The translations under genes and the position numbers were made by a program. A model generated the notes under the pieces. That model did no database searches. It was given only the letters and a program-made list of their open reading frames with translations, and was not told the DNA's origin. A DNA stretch of 64,000 nucleotides from an uncultured beta proteobacterium (GTDB lineage: Bacteria; Pseudomonadota; Gammaproteobacteria; Burkholderiales; SHXO01). The stretch covers positions 49,935 to 113,934 of the forward strand of contig CAVUHQ010000011.1 of NCBI GenBank assembly GCA_963741215.1, given 5' to 3'. This document shows, in pieces, positions 11,210-23,278 of this stretch (the first letter of the stretch is position 1; every line of letters starts with the position of its first letter).

Positions 11210-12086
11210 TCTGTGCTCCTCGAATGGTTGCAGTCTGAACATGCGTCCGCGCGGCCGGCTCTGGCCGCCGAGACCCTCCCCCATGCCGACGAATACCGCC
11301 AAAGGTTTTTTGTGGCTGTGCCGTTTAATCATAGTTCATCGACCGGCCGGAATCTGTGATTCAGGCGGCAGACCCGATCCTGGCGCGATAGTCGCTTTCG
11401 CTATTCGCGATTCGCGAATAGAATGCGGGCCAACCGCGCAAGTCATGGGGTTTGCCGTGGGGGGTTGCCCTTGAGCCTCAAGCCGCAGGATATCTGCATC
11501 CTGCTCAAGATCGTCGCACTGGACCGTGCTCCCTGGTCTTACAGCCAGTTAGCCTACGAACTGGGGATGTCGCCCTCGGAGGTCCATGCCGGAGTCAAGC
11601 GCGCGACGGAGGCGTCGCTAATGCGACTGGAGGAGGGCTGGGGCAGTCCGGACCCGGGCGCGCTCGAGGAGTTGCTGGTGCACGGCGTGAAGTACGTGTT
11701 CACCCCGATCCACGGCGGGCTGACCCGCGGGATGCCCACCTCCTACGCGGCGCCCCCGCTGAGCCGCGTCCTGACCCGAGCGGATGAGGCGCCGCCGGTG
11801 TGGCCGGACGAAGAAGGCGAGGTGCGCGGCTACGAGTTCTCGCCGTTGTACAAATCGGTGCCGTTCGCCGCGCGGCGTGACCCGAGGCTGTACGAGCTGC
11901 TGGCGCTGGTCGATGCGATCCGGGGCGGCGCGATGCCGGAGCGCGAGGCCGCGATCCGCGAGTTGAGGGTGCGGCTTGACAAGGAATCGTCCGACAGCGC
12001 GGTGCCGATCGCTGCGCAGCAAAGAGATGTGAGTGCGCGCGCAGCCGGATCGAGGGTAGCGGCAAGCAAAATCAAACGAGGTAGCA

Positions 12087-14076
<1,990 letters not shown>

Positions 14077-14111
14077 TGAGGGACGAGGGGCTAGGGGCTG
14101 GTGAGCTAAAG

Positions 14112-14156
14112 CCCGTTCGCGCTGAGCGTCGTGGCGAAAGCCGCAGAGTCGAAGCG
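14112..14156 (+). repeat. REP-like element, same family as 10189-10287
   Basis: CCCGTTCGCGCTGAGCGT...GAGTCGAAGCG matches the reverse complement of 10243-10287 at both ends. Confidence 0.8.
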
Positions 14157-14228
14157 CTCGACACGAACGATTCGCACTCCGCCTTCAAGCCTGAGCTCTT
14201 CACGCGTAACTCCGCCGGAGGCGGGACC

Positions 14229-16697
14229 ATGGAAGGCAAGAAAGGCAAAGACGACAACACCGGTGATCTCTTCGGCGATACGGCGAGCGATGTCGCGGTC
14301 GTCGAGCAGGAGAGCAAGCCTGTAGCGAAAGCGCCGGCAAAGAGCGAAACGAGCGGTGGCGGCGGCAATCTCCCGCCGCACTTTGCGCCGATGAGCGGCG
14401 AATACGGCGATGCGTTGCCGATCGGGCGCTACGCCTCGACGCAATACCTGCAATACGCCATCGCCACGGTGAAGGACCGTGCGCTGCCGCGTGTGGGCGA
14501 CGGACAGAAGCCGGTGCAGGGCCGCATCCTCTACTCCATGTGGGATACCGGCACGCGCGCGGGCACCAAGCGCACCAAGTCCGCGGCGGTGGTCGGGGAG
14601 GTGCTCGGGAAGCTGCATCCGCACGGCGACCAGTCGGTGTACGACGCTCTGGTGCGGTTGGCGCAGGACTTCACCATGCGCTACCCCCTGATCGATGGTG
14701 AAGGCAACTTCGGCTCGCGCGATGGCGACGAAGCCGCGGCCTACCGCTACACGGAAGCGCGGCTGACCCGATTCGCCGAGGTCCTGCTGTCGGAGATCGA
14801 GATGGGCACCGTGGACTTCGTGCCCAACTACGACGGTACGCGCCAGGAGCCGGTGGTGTTGCCGGCACGGCTGCCGGTGGTGCTGCTCAACGGCGCGTCG
14901 GGGATTGCGGTGGGCATGGCCACCGAGGTCCCGAGCCATAACCTCAATGAAGTGGCCAACGCCGCGATCGCGATGATCCGCGACCCGGAGCTCACCGTCG
15001 CCGGCCTGATGCGGCACATCAAGGGTCCGGATTTCCCGGGCGGCGGGCAGATCATCACGCCGCGCGCGGAGTTGAAGGACGCGTACACCAGTGGCCGCGG
15101 ATCGGTACGCGTGCGCGCCCGCTGGACGATCGAGCGCCTGGCGCGCGGCCAGTGGCAGGTGGTGGTGCACGAGCTGCCGCCCGGAACCTCGACCAAGAAG
15201 GTGCTCGAGGAGATCGACGCGATCACCAACCCGCAGCCCAAGGCGGGCAAGAAGTCGCTGACACCCGAGCAGACGCGCGAGAAGCAGCTGATGCTGTCGA
15301 TGCTGGACAAGGCGCGTGACGAGAGCGACCGTCAGCACCCGGTACGGCTGGTGTTCGAGCCGAAGACATCGAAGATCGACGAGACCGAGTTCGTGAATCT
15401 GCTGCTGGCCAAGACCAGCCTGGAAACCAATGCGCCCATCAACCTGGTGATGGTCGGGTTGGACGGGCGTCCGACCGGCAAGAATCTGCGCGACATCGTC
15501 TCGGAGTGGGTGCAGTTCCGCTTCACCACCGTGACTCGGCGCACGCGGCACAAACTGGCGCAGGTCCTGGACCGCATCCACGTGCTCGAAGGACGCATGA
15601 TCGTCCTGCTGAACGTGGACAAGGTGATCAAGATCATCCGCAACGCGGACGATCCGAAGGCCGACCTGATCAAGGCCTTCAAGCTGTCCGAGCGCCAGGC
15701 CGAGGATATTCTCGAGATGCGCCTGCGCATGCTGGCCAAGCTCGAGCACATCAAGATCGAGCAGGAGCTGGACGACAAGCGCAAGGAGCAGAAAGGCCTC
15801 GAGAAAATCCTCGGCAGCCGCAAGGCGCTGGAGGACCTGGTGGTCGGCGAGATCGAGGACGACGTCAAGACCTTCGGTGACAAGCGCCGCACCAAGATCG
15901 AAGAGGCGGAGAAGGCCGAAGTCGAGACGCCGGTGATCGACGAGCCCGTGACCGTGATCTTCTCGCGCAAGGGCTGGGTGAGAGCGCGGCAAGGCTGGGG
16001 TGTGGACCCGACCACGCTGTCCTTCAAGGAAGGCGACGAGCTGCTGACCATGCTGCAGGTCCGCACCGTGGATCCCGTGATCTTCCTCGACTCCAAGGGC
16101 CGTGCGTACACGGTGAATGCAGGCGAGTTGCCGCCGGCGCGCGGCGACGGTGCGCCGGCCTCGTCGCTGGTTGAAGTGCAAGAAGGCGCGCTCGTCATGT
16201 ACGTAGTCGGCGGCAAACCCGAGACCAGCGTAGTCGTGGCCTCGACCGGCGGCTACGGCTTCTTGAGCAAGATCGCCGACATGATGTCCAACCGGCGTGC
16301 GGGCCGCGAGTTCATGACCATCGAGGAGGGCGAGACGCCCGTGCCGCCGTTTATCTACGAGGACGCAGCGGGCAACTACATCGCCGCCATCTCAGAGCAG
16401 GGCCGCATGCTGCTGTTCCAGGTTTCGGAAATGAAACAGATGACCAAGGGCCGCGGCGTGATCGTAATGGGGCTGGAGAAGGAAGAGAAGCTGGTAGCGG
16501 TCGCGATCTCCGATCAGCCCGGGCTGTCGGTGCTCGGTATCAGCCGCGGCAAGGAGAAGGAGGTCACGATCAAGGGCAAGGACCTCGGCCACTACGCAGG
16601 GCATCGCGCGCGCATGGGACGCGTGCTGCCGGACAAGCTCAAGCCGTCGGCGTTGAAGGTGTTACCAAAGCCGGCAGAGCCCGGTTCGGAAAGCTGA
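14229..16697 (+). CDS. parC: DNA topoisomerase IV subunit A
   Basis: DRALP..DGQKPVQ.RILY, HPHGD, DGEGNFGS, catalytic RYTEARL, NGASGIAVGMAT, and a degenerate beta-pinwheel CTD without a GyrA box. Confidence 0.95.
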   Translation: MEGKKGKDDNTGDLFGDTASDVAVVEQESKPVAKAPAKSETSGGGGNLPPHFAPMSGEYGDALPIGRYASTQYLQYAIATVKDRALPRVGDGQKPVQGRILYSMWDTGTRAGTKRTKSAAVVGEVLGKLHPHGDQSVYDALVRLAQDFTMRYPLIDGEGNFGSRDGDEAAAYRYTEARLTRFAEVLLSEIEMGTVDFVPNYDGTRQEPVVLPARLPVVLLNGASGIAVGMATEVPSHNLNEVANAAIAMIRDPELTVAGLMRHIKGPDFPGGGQIITPRAELKDAYTSGRGSVRVRARWTIERLARGQWQVVVHELPPGTSTKKVLEEIDAITNPQPKAGKKSLTPEQTREKQLMLSMLDKARDESDRQHPVRLVFEPKTSKIDETEFVNLLLAKTSLETNAPINLVMVGLDGRPTGKNLRDIVSEWVQFRFTTVTRRTRHKLAQVLDRIHVLEGRMIVLLNVDKVIKIIRNADDPKADLIKAFKLSERQAEDILEMRLRMLAKLEHIKIEQELDDKRKEQKGLEKILGSRKALEDLVVGEIEDDVKTFGDKRRTKIEEAEKAEVETPVIDEPVTVIFSRKGWVRARQGWGVDPTTLSFKEGDELLTMLQVRTVDPVIFLDSKGRAYTVNAGELPPARGDGAPASSLVEVQEGALVMYVVGGKPETSVVVASTGGYGFLSKIADMMSNRRAGREFMTIEEGETPVPPFIYEDAAGNYIAAISEQGRMLLFQVSEMKQMTKGRGVIVMGLEKEEKLVAVAISDQPGLSVLGISRGKEKEVTIKGKDLGHYAGHRARMGRVLPDKLKPSALKVLPKPAEPGSES

Positions 16698-16713
16698 GTG
16701 GGAGCCTGCCGGC

Positions 16714-17589
16714 TCACTCCGCCGTCACGCTTACATCGACCGACATCCCGAGAAAATCGCCTGGCGCACCAGTGTAGGTGCCAGTGAGCGGCACGGCTTG
16801 GGACGGGTCGCGCGCGACGGCTACCCGGATCAGATTCTTTCCCCCGACCAGGCCATTGGTCGGGTCGAACTCGACCCAGCCGGCGCCGGGCAGGTAGATC
16901 TGCACCCAGGCGTGGGTCGCTCCGCCGCCAACGAGCCCGCCGCCTCCACCGACCAGGTGCTCGTCGTAGAGGTAACCGGACACGAAACGGGCGGCAAAGC
17001 CCAGGCTGCGTGCCGCTTCCATCATGAACAGTGCGAAATCGCGGCAACTCCCCGCGCGGGTCTCCAGCGTTCTCACCGGGTCCTGGGTCCCCATCTCGTC
17101 TCGTCGCGCGTAGGCGAATTGGAACTGAATCGATCGGGTCATCGCAATCAGAATGTCGAGCGTGTCCAGGCTGCGATCGCCCTCGACGAACCAGCGTGCC
17201 CAGGTGTCGATCTTGCGCCCGGAATCCGCGTAGCCGCGCTCGACGGTGCGGCTGAGATCAGGCATCTCCTCGGCCGAGTAGCTGAATGGATAGCGTTGCG
17301 CATACGGCTCCAGCACCAGCGCGCGCTCGGGGGCCGGGAACTGCTCGGCCCGGAAAGTCGAATCGAACACCAGCTCCGTCGCAGCCTGGTCGAAGGTGGC
17401 GATCGCAATCGAGTTGCCGAACACGTCGTGCAGCCAGCGCACCTGCGCCCCCGGCAGTATGCGCAGCGCGGTGTCGAGCAAGCGCAGATCGTGGCTGTCG
17501 CGCGGACGAAACATCAGCCGATGCTCGCCGAACGCGACCGGCCGCGCGTAGCGATAGGCCGTCTTGTGTTGCACCGTGAGGATCGGCAT
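16714..17589 (-). CDS. Transglutaminase-like family protein (Bact_transglu_N plus core)
   Basis: LTVQHKTAYRY..LMFRPRD N-domain; Cys-His-Asp triad in GSCRDFA, ATHAWVQIY and EFDPTN. Confidence 0.92.
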   Translation of the reverse strand: MPILTVQHKTAYRYARPVAFGEHRLMFRPRDSHDLRLLDTALRILPGAQVRWLHDVFGNSIAIATFDQAATELVFDSTFRAEQFPAPERALVLEPYAQRYPFSYSAEEMPDLSRTVERGYADSGRKIDTWARWFVEGDRSLDTLDILIAMTRSIQFQFAYARRDEMGTQDPVRTLETRAGSCRDFALFMMEAARSLGFAARFVSGYLYDEHLVGGGGGLVGGGATHAWVQIYLPGAGWVEFDPTNGLVGGKNLIRVAVARDPSQAVPLTGTYTGAPGDFLGMSVDVSVTAE

Positions 17590-17660
17590 GGCGGGATTCC
17601 TGGTCCACGAGGATGGGCGCGGAGCGGTGCTCTCCGCGCCCATCTTCTGCTTCTGCGCGC

Positions 17661-17936
17661 TCAGCTCTTCTCGACTACGCCACCCTTGGCTTTGCAGGTC
17701 TTCTCGTCCAGCGGCACCCAGCCCTGGCCCTTGCAGCCGTTCTGGCCCTTGCAGCTGTTCTTGGCGCCCGCGCACTCGCTCTTGCCCTTGCACGAGTTCA
17801 CGCCAGAACAATGAATCTTGGCTTCGTCGGCCGCGCTGACAGGCGCGACAGTCTGAGTGATGAACAGGCCCGCCGCAGCGGCGGCAATAGCGACTCCCGA
17901 CAGCGTAGTAACGGTGGTTCTCTTGCTGCGATCCAT
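17661..17936 (-). CDS. Secreted Cys-rich peptide, BufA2 (bufferin precursor)-like
   Basis: AGGAG RBS, signal peptide, and a six-Cys core CSGVNSCKGKSEC...NSCKGQNGCKGQGW...CKAKGG. Confidence 0.8.
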   Translation of the reverse strand: MDRSKRTTVTTLSGVAIAAAAAGLFITQTVAPVSAADEAKIHCSGVNSCKGKSECAGAKNSCKGQNGCKGQGWVPLDEKTCKAKGGVVEKS

Positions 17937-18014
17937 GCTGGTCTCCTGTACGACGACTGCTTTACCGCGCCGTGTCCTCGCGTCGTCGATGCAGCCACGG
18001 CGGCCGGGGCTGCG

Positions 18015-18060
18015 ATCCAACCCCGATGCCACAGTGTACGTCGAGACGCGCTTGGTGGAT
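18015..18060. promoter_or_regulatory. Overlapping pair of opposite-strand ECF-type promoters
   Basis: Minus strand ATCCA-N15-CGTA (18060->18037) points toward the peptide gene. Plus strand ATCCA-N15-TGTA (18015-18038) points toward the amidohydrolase. Confidence 0.55.
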
Positions 18061-18181
18061 GCGGCGCAAGCGTAGCCGGGCGACGACGATCCTTACGCCG
18101 CGGCGACGCTCCAGCTCTGCGTGAACTCCATTTGGTGCGAATTGTCAGCCGACGGTATATTGGCGTGAAGGAGGAAGCCCA

Positions 18182-19675
18182 ATGCGATTGCTTTCGGACC
18201 AGGAGCGCAACGAACTGTTGCCGGCAGAGCTCGCCGCTCTCGATTCGCCTATTCCCACGCAGATCGTTTCCAGCGACGAGTTCGTGCCCATTGCACAGAC
18301 GCCCGCACAGCGCGAGGTCGAGGCCCGGCTGAAAACGCTGGCCGACGAACTGGCGCATCGGCAGGGGATGACCCGTCGGCAGTTCTTCCGGACCGCCGCC
18401 GGCATGGCTACCGCCTTCGTCGCCATGAACGATGTGTACGGTCCGCTGTTCCGCGTGAGCCGGGCGGAGGCCGCTACGCCGGAGCTGGCCGATGAGCGCG
18501 CCAACCAGCTGGGCGGGCAGTTCGTGTTCGACGGGCACACCCACTTCCTGCGCGAGGACACGCAGATCCAGACCTTCGTGCGCATGCGTGAGGCGGTGGG
18601 CAAGGCGGGCTGGAACCCCGAGCTGGTTGGCAAGCCGCAGACCATCGAGGACCTCAAGTTCGACAACTACATGAAGGAGATCTTCTTCGACAGCGACACC
18701 AAAATCGCCATCATCAGCAGCGCGCCTTCCGACATTCCCGCCGACTGGTTCCTGACCAATCCGATGACTGCCAAGGCACGCGCGCGGGTGAACGATCTGC
18801 TCGGCGCGCGGCGCATGCTGAGCCACGCCATCTTCACGCCCGGTCAGCCGGGCTGGCTCGAAGAGGTGGAGCGTGCCATCGCCGAGGACGAGCCCGACTC
18901 GCTGAAGGGCTACACCATCGGCGACAACACCCACAAAGATCTCAGCCGCTATCCGTGGCGCATGGACGACGAGAAGCTGGTCTATCCGTTCTATGAGAAA
19001 GCGTGGAAGGCGGGCATCAACAACATCTGCGTGCACAAGGGATTGTTCCCGCCGTCGGTCGAGAAGCAGTATCCCCATCTGCGCGCTTTCTGCGACGTGC
19101 GCGACGTGGGCCAGGCAGCCAAGGACTGGCCGATGCTGAACTTCATCATCTACCACGCCGCCTACCGCTTTCCCGGCGGCGGCACGCCCGAGGAGGCGCT
19201 GGCTCAGTTCGAACAGACCGGACGCGTCGACTGGGTGAGCGATCTGGCCGAGATCCCGGAGAAGTACGAAGTCACCAACGTTTACGGAGACCTTGGGCAG
19301 GTCTTCGCCACCACCACCGTGGCCCAGCCGCGGCTGGCCGCCGCCATCCTCGGCACCCTGGTGAAAGGTCTCGGTGCGAAGAACGTAGTATGGGGCTCGG
19401 ATGCCGTGTGGACCGGTGCGCCGCAGTGGCAGATCGAGGGATTGCGGCGGCTCGAGATTCCCGACGACATGCAACAGAAGCACGGGTTCGCGCCGCTCGG
19501 CTCGGCCACCGGACCGGTGAAGAGCGCCATCTTCGGTGAGAATTCCGCGCGCCTGTACGACATCGAGCCGACGACGTACGCGAGCGGCGGCGACCGCCTG
19601 GCGGAACTGAGGCAGGCTTATGTCAATGGCGGCGGCGTCCGCAGCAACCTGCGCTATGGTTACGTGACGCGTTGA
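18182..19675 (+). CDS. Amidohydrolase family (Amidohydro_2-like) protein
   Basis: FDGHTH metal motif, ICVHKG, IIYHAA and VWGSDAVW..PQWQIE; internal RRQFF motif. Confidence 0.88.
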   Translation: MRLLSDQERNELLPAELAALDSPIPTQIVSSDEFVPIAQTPAQREVEARLKTLADELAHRQGMTRRQFFRTAAGMATAFVAMNDVYGPLFRVSRAEAATPELADERANQLGGQFVFDGHTHFLREDTQIQTFVRMREAVGKAGWNPELVGKPQTIEDLKFDNYMKEIFFDSDTKIAIISSAPSDIPADWFLTNPMTAKARARVNDLLGARRMLSHAIFTPGQPGWLEEVERAIAEDEPDSLKGYTIGDNTHKDLSRYPWRMDDEKLVYPFYEKAWKAGINNICVHKGLFPPSVEKQYPHLRAFCDVRDVGQAAKDWPMLNFIIYHAAYRFPGGGTPEEALAQFEQTGRVDWVSDLAEIPEKYEVTNVYGDLGQVFATTTVAQPRLAAAILGTLVKGLGAKNVVWGSDAVWTGAPQWQIEGLRRLEIPDDMQQKHGFAPLGSATGPVKSAIFGENSARLYDIEPTTYASGGDRLAELRQAYVNGGGVRSNLRYGYVTR

Positions 19676-19857
19676 CGTAGGCTGAAAGGTTGGGAAGCTG
19701 TTGACGTAGTGCCCGGAATGGGCACATGGGCCCATATTGGTCTTGGCGAGCCACAGAAATCACGTGGTTATGCCATCGGTCTACCTCCTGTTGTCTTTTC
19801 CCCGAATCAAGGCGAAGGTCTTCGCATCAATTGGTTGTGCGCTGAAGGAGCAACCCG

Positions 19858-20061
19858 ATGCGGATCCCAGTATGCGTGGTTGAGTTGAAGGATGCGGCTC
19901 GTGGGAAGTCAGCCGCCGAGGTTGGGTTGTTGGTCGAGCAGTACTTCGCAGCTCAACTCTTCTCAATCGAGAAGGAAGAGTGGTTGAAGATGAACGGCAG
20001 CGAAAGACTCGCTTTTGTGTCTCGTCTAATGGAGGTAGCAAATGGCAAACGTAAACGGTAG
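19858..20061 (+). CDS. Small hypothetical protein
   Basis: AAGGAG RBS before the ATG; overlaps the next ORF; lower GC. Confidence 0.45.
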   Translation: MRIPVCVVELKDAARGKSAAEVGLLVEQYFAAQLFSIEKEEWLKMNGSERLAFVSRLMEVANGKRKR

Positions 20062-20323
20062 TCGCAAGAAACCCACTCGAAAGAAATCCACCAGGAAGGC
20101 GCCGGCAAAGGAGCCAGTAGCCAAGAAGACAGCAGCACCGAAACCCACCGAGAAGCCGCCGTCGAAAATGGACATCTGCCGCCAGATCATGCGGGAGATG
20201 GCTAGAGCGGCCAATGTTCCGCGAAAGGATATCGTCGAACTGTTTATGAAGTCAGCCGGTCTGTCGAAGGTCGCGAGCAATACCTACTACCAGCTGATCA
20301 AAGGGGAACAGGGGACCAAGTGA
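20042..20323 (+). CDS. Small basic protein with Lys/Ala/Pro-rich N-tail and HTH-like C-terminus
   Basis: GGAGG RBS; RKKPTRKKSTRKAPAK tail; RKDIVELFMKSAGLSKVASNTYYQLIK. Confidence 0.65.
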   Translation: MANVNGSRKKPTRKKSTRKAPAKEPVAKKTAAPKPTEKPPSKMDICRQIMREMARAANVPRKDIVELFMKSAGLSKVASNTYYQLIKGEQGTK

Positions 20324-20333
20324 CTGGGGGCCG

Positions 20334-20360
20334 GAGAGCCCGTTTTGGAATCAGGGCTCT
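20334..20360 (+). terminator. Hairpin after the basic-protein gene
   Basis: GAGAGCCC-N11-GGGCTCTC inverted repeat. No clear U-tract. Confidence 0.4.
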
Positions 20361-20559
20361 CCTGCTTGCATTCATCCCCTATCCACCATAAGGGTGCGCA
20401 CCATCAACGGGAGACCGCCGCACCTTTTTCTTGTAAGGTCCCGGTTCTGCCCGGCTTGGGCCCATAACCTTCCGGGAGCCCCGATCTTCCGCTGTCGGAC
20501 CCAAAACGGACACATCCTCACAGCGAGGCCTCGGCTTCGATTGAAGCAAGCCGACTTTT

Positions 20560-21561
20560 CTATCTCACCTTGACGACGACCTTCCCTTTTGCACGTCCTT
20601 TTTCGACATAGGCCAGAGCCTCGTTGGTCGATTCGAATGGAAAGACTCGATCCACAACTGGGCGTATGACCCCAGATTCTATGAGAGAAGTGATCTCGCG
20701 TAACTGGTCTCCGTTTGCTTTCATGAAAAGAAATGAATAGCTCACGCGATGACGTTTTGCTTTCTTCCTGATTCGATAACTCAACAGGCGTATGACCTGT
20801 CTCAAGATCCAGGACGCTCCAATGTCTTTCGCAAAAGCGGGATCAGGTGGACCGGAGATCGAGATGAGCCTTCCACCAGGCTTCAGCACTTGGAGTGATT
20901 TTTCGAGCACCTCTCCCCCGAGACTATTCAAAACTATATCGTAGCCCCGCAGGATTGTTGCGAAATCGTTCTTGCTGTAATCGATGACGATATCCGCACC
21001 GAGGGCTTTTACCCAATCGAGATTCGCCGTACTCGTTGTCGTCGCTACGACCGCCCCGACGTGCTTCGCCAGCTGGATTGCAAATGTTCCGACTCCGCCG
21101 GAGCCTGCGTGGATGAGGACTTTTTGTCCCTTCTTCAAGTTCGCTCTTTCGATCAACACTTGCCAGGCGGTCAAGCCCACCAGAGGAATGGAAGCCGCTT
21201 CTTCCATGGTGAGTCCTTTGGGCTTGATCGCCACGGCATCTTCATTCATAGAAATGAATTCCGCGAAACTACCGATTCGATCTTTATCTGGCCGCGCATA
21301 GACCTCGTCATCCGGCTTGAATCGCCGCACTCGCGATCCGACGCGAACTACGACGCCGGCCACATCATTGCCGAGAATAAGTGGTAAGCGATACGGCAAA
21401 ATTAATTTGAACTCGCCGTTTCTGATTTTGGAATCCAGGACGTTTACGCCAGCGGCGTGGACCTGGACCAATACGTCATCCTCGCGCACCTCCGGTTCCG
21501 GCATGTTGCCAGCCCGTAGAGCATCGGTGCTTCCATAACGATCGAGTATGAATGCCCTCAT
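20560..21561 (-). CDS. NADP-dependent oxidoreductase (MDR, quinone reductase-like)
   Basis: LPLILGNDVAG, VLIHAGSGGVGTFAIQLAK and GRAKGKVV. Visibly AT-richer than the flanks. Confidence 0.92.
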   Translation of the reverse strand: MRAFILDRYGSTDALRAGNMPEPEVREDDVLVQVHAAGVNVLDSKIRNGEFKLILPYRLPLILGNDVAGVVVRVGSRVRRFKPDDEVYARPDKDRIGSFAEFISMNEDAVAIKPKGLTMEEAASIPLVGLTAWQVLIERANLKKGQKVLIHAGSGGVGTFAIQLAKHVGAVVATTTSTANLDWVKALGADIVIDYSKNDFATILRGYDIVLNSLGGEVLEKSLQVLKPGGRLISISGPPDPAFAKDIGASWILRQVIRLLSYRIRKKAKRHRVSYSFLFMKANGDQLREITSLIESGVIRPVVDRVFPFESTNEALAYVEKGRAKGKVVVKVR

Positions 21562-21581
21562 AATACTTTTGTGGCTTACTC

Positions 21582-22425
21582 TCAAGACGTTGCGAGAAAG
21601 TATTCGACCTGCGCCGCGACCTCGATGGGGTGCTGTTGGTGAGGCGCATGACCCGCGAGCGGATACACGGCTACCTGCGCATCCGCAAGTTCTCGATAGA
21701 GCAACCAGGTGTTCTTCAGCGGAAAGAAGGGGTCCCTGTCGCCCGAAATGATGAGAAACGGGTGCTTCAATTGCTTCAGGCGCGAGTAGTGGTCAGTCTG
21801 TCCACCCATGAACCCAGAGACCGATTCCACCATCGCGGCGATGACCGGCGGCCCAACGACGGGTTCGCGATCCTTGCGCAGGGCCCAGCGGTCAATATAG
21901 GCCTGCGTCTCTCGCTCGCGGCCCTCGGCGAAGAACAGATAACGGACGTTCTTCGAAGGCGTACGTTTCCTTCAAGGCTATGCCAAACACAAGGTCGGTC
22001 GGAGGCGCCGTCTCGGGGTTCCCTGCGGGGCCTGAGCCGATTGCGATCACCTTGCGGATGAGTTTGGGTTCCTGCATTGAAATGGTCTGACAGACAAAGC
22101 CGCCCATCGAGAACCCCAGGACATCGATCTGCTCGTGGCCGAGTTTGCGAGCGAAGGATGCGGCATTGCGCCCCTTCTCGTCGAAGTCCTTGGCCGGGGT
22201 GCCAGTGGAGGAGCCGACCGCGGCGTCGCTGAACAGGATGACGTGACGTGTCTTGGCGAGTTCGTCGACGAATGCAGGATCCCAATCGTCCAGCGTGCCA
22301 CGGAAGCGGTGCAGAAACACCACTGGCGTGGGATCCGCCAAATTGGTTGGTCGTAGCTCGCGGTACGCGTAGCTCACGTCACCCACCTTCAAGTGCTTGG
22401 TCTCCACATTTGTCGCGTTAGTCAT
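21582..22425 (-). CDS. Alpha/beta hydrolase, frameshifted
   Basis: FLHRFRGTLDDWDP, nucleophile GFSMGG, GDRD, and AGHAPHQQHP. Confidence 0.85.
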
Positions 22426-22464
22426 GGTGTCTCCTTCGTCGTTGATTGAGTTGCGAATGGGCCG

Positions 22465-23067
22465 TCATCGGATTGGCGGTGCGGCAGTGGCGGAGGACAC
22501 GCGGTCAGTTTTGCTGGGAGTGCCAAAGGCAGCTGCCTTGGTGTCGCGCTCCCACAGCTCAACGTAATCGGCGATCTTTCCGTCTCTCACGGTAATGCGC
22601 GCGAGGTAGCGCGACTCATACGTATGCTGAGTCGCAGGCACGTAAGCCTTCGCTATGTATGCAACGAAGAAAATGTCCGGATACAGCGTCTGGAACAACC
22701 TCAGGTCGCTGAACATCCAGTTGCTCGCTGTCACGGGGAATTTGCGCAACGCGTGCCCGATTGCCTCGCGACCTTCGATTCGGCGGTACGCATCGTCGGC
22801 ATACGGATACTCGAACACCGCATCCTCAGTTACAAACTCCAACGCGTAACCACTGCGGTCTTCAGCCGACCAAAGCCCAAGATATGCAGCCATGAGCGCG
22901 TTGACCTCGTCTTGCTGCTGTTGGGTCGCGATGCCCGCGGTCTCGGCATCGGCCGGCGGGGTGTAAGGTCTTGGAAGAGATTGCGCTTGAACGCTGACGG
23001 AAGTACTCACGGCGATTGCTACGGCCAGCGAGATGGCCTTGGTACGAATCGAGTTCAGTTTGTTCAT
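22465..23067 (-). CDS. Exported SnoaL/NTF2-like (PhzA/B-like) protein
   Basis: Signal peptide; TEDAVFEYPY..IEGREAI..YESRY..VRDGKIADYVELW. Confidence 0.75.
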   Translation of the reverse strand: MNKLNSIRTKAISLAVAIAVSTSVSVQAQSLPRPYTPPADAETAGIATQQQQDEVNALMAAYLGLWSAEDRSGYALEFVTEDAVFEYPYADDAYRRIEGREAIGHALRKFPVTASNWMFSDLRLFQTLYPDIFFVAYIAKAYVPATQHTYESRYLARITVRDGKIADYVELWERDTKAAAFGTPSKTDRVSSATAAPPIR

Positions 23068-23278
23068 GTGAAGCCTCCTATATTGGAACGATGAGTCTGT
23101 GCAAGAAAATCACCCCTTCAGAATGGCGAACGCAACGTCCACGACAGCGTGCAGCTCTGCCAGCGTGACCAATTGCGTCGTGCAGGCGAGGAGCCCGTTC
23201 AGATCCATATCCGCAGTAGCGAAGGCCTGAGGTGAAGCCACAGCCGACGGTAGCTCGTTCATCTGCCAGGTCACCTCG

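Noticed and set aside
14600-14760. ParC QRDR with Gln at the Ser80-equivalent position and AAYRY at the catalytic site, as a resistance or novelty signal
   Set aside because: HGDQS is, to my knowledge, common in betaproteobacterial ParC and the catalytic RY is intact. There is no evidence of selected resistance.
17590-17811. N-terminal extension of the transglutaminase ORF implying fusion with the peptide
   Set aside because: The extension overlaps the peptide gene in another frame. The family-typical start is MPILTVQH at 17589.
14106-19735. Long antisense ORFs (14106-16181, 17798-19735 and similar elsewhere)
   Set aside because: These are shadow ORFs opposite well-supported genes, expected from GC-rich codon bias, and show no recognisable motifs.
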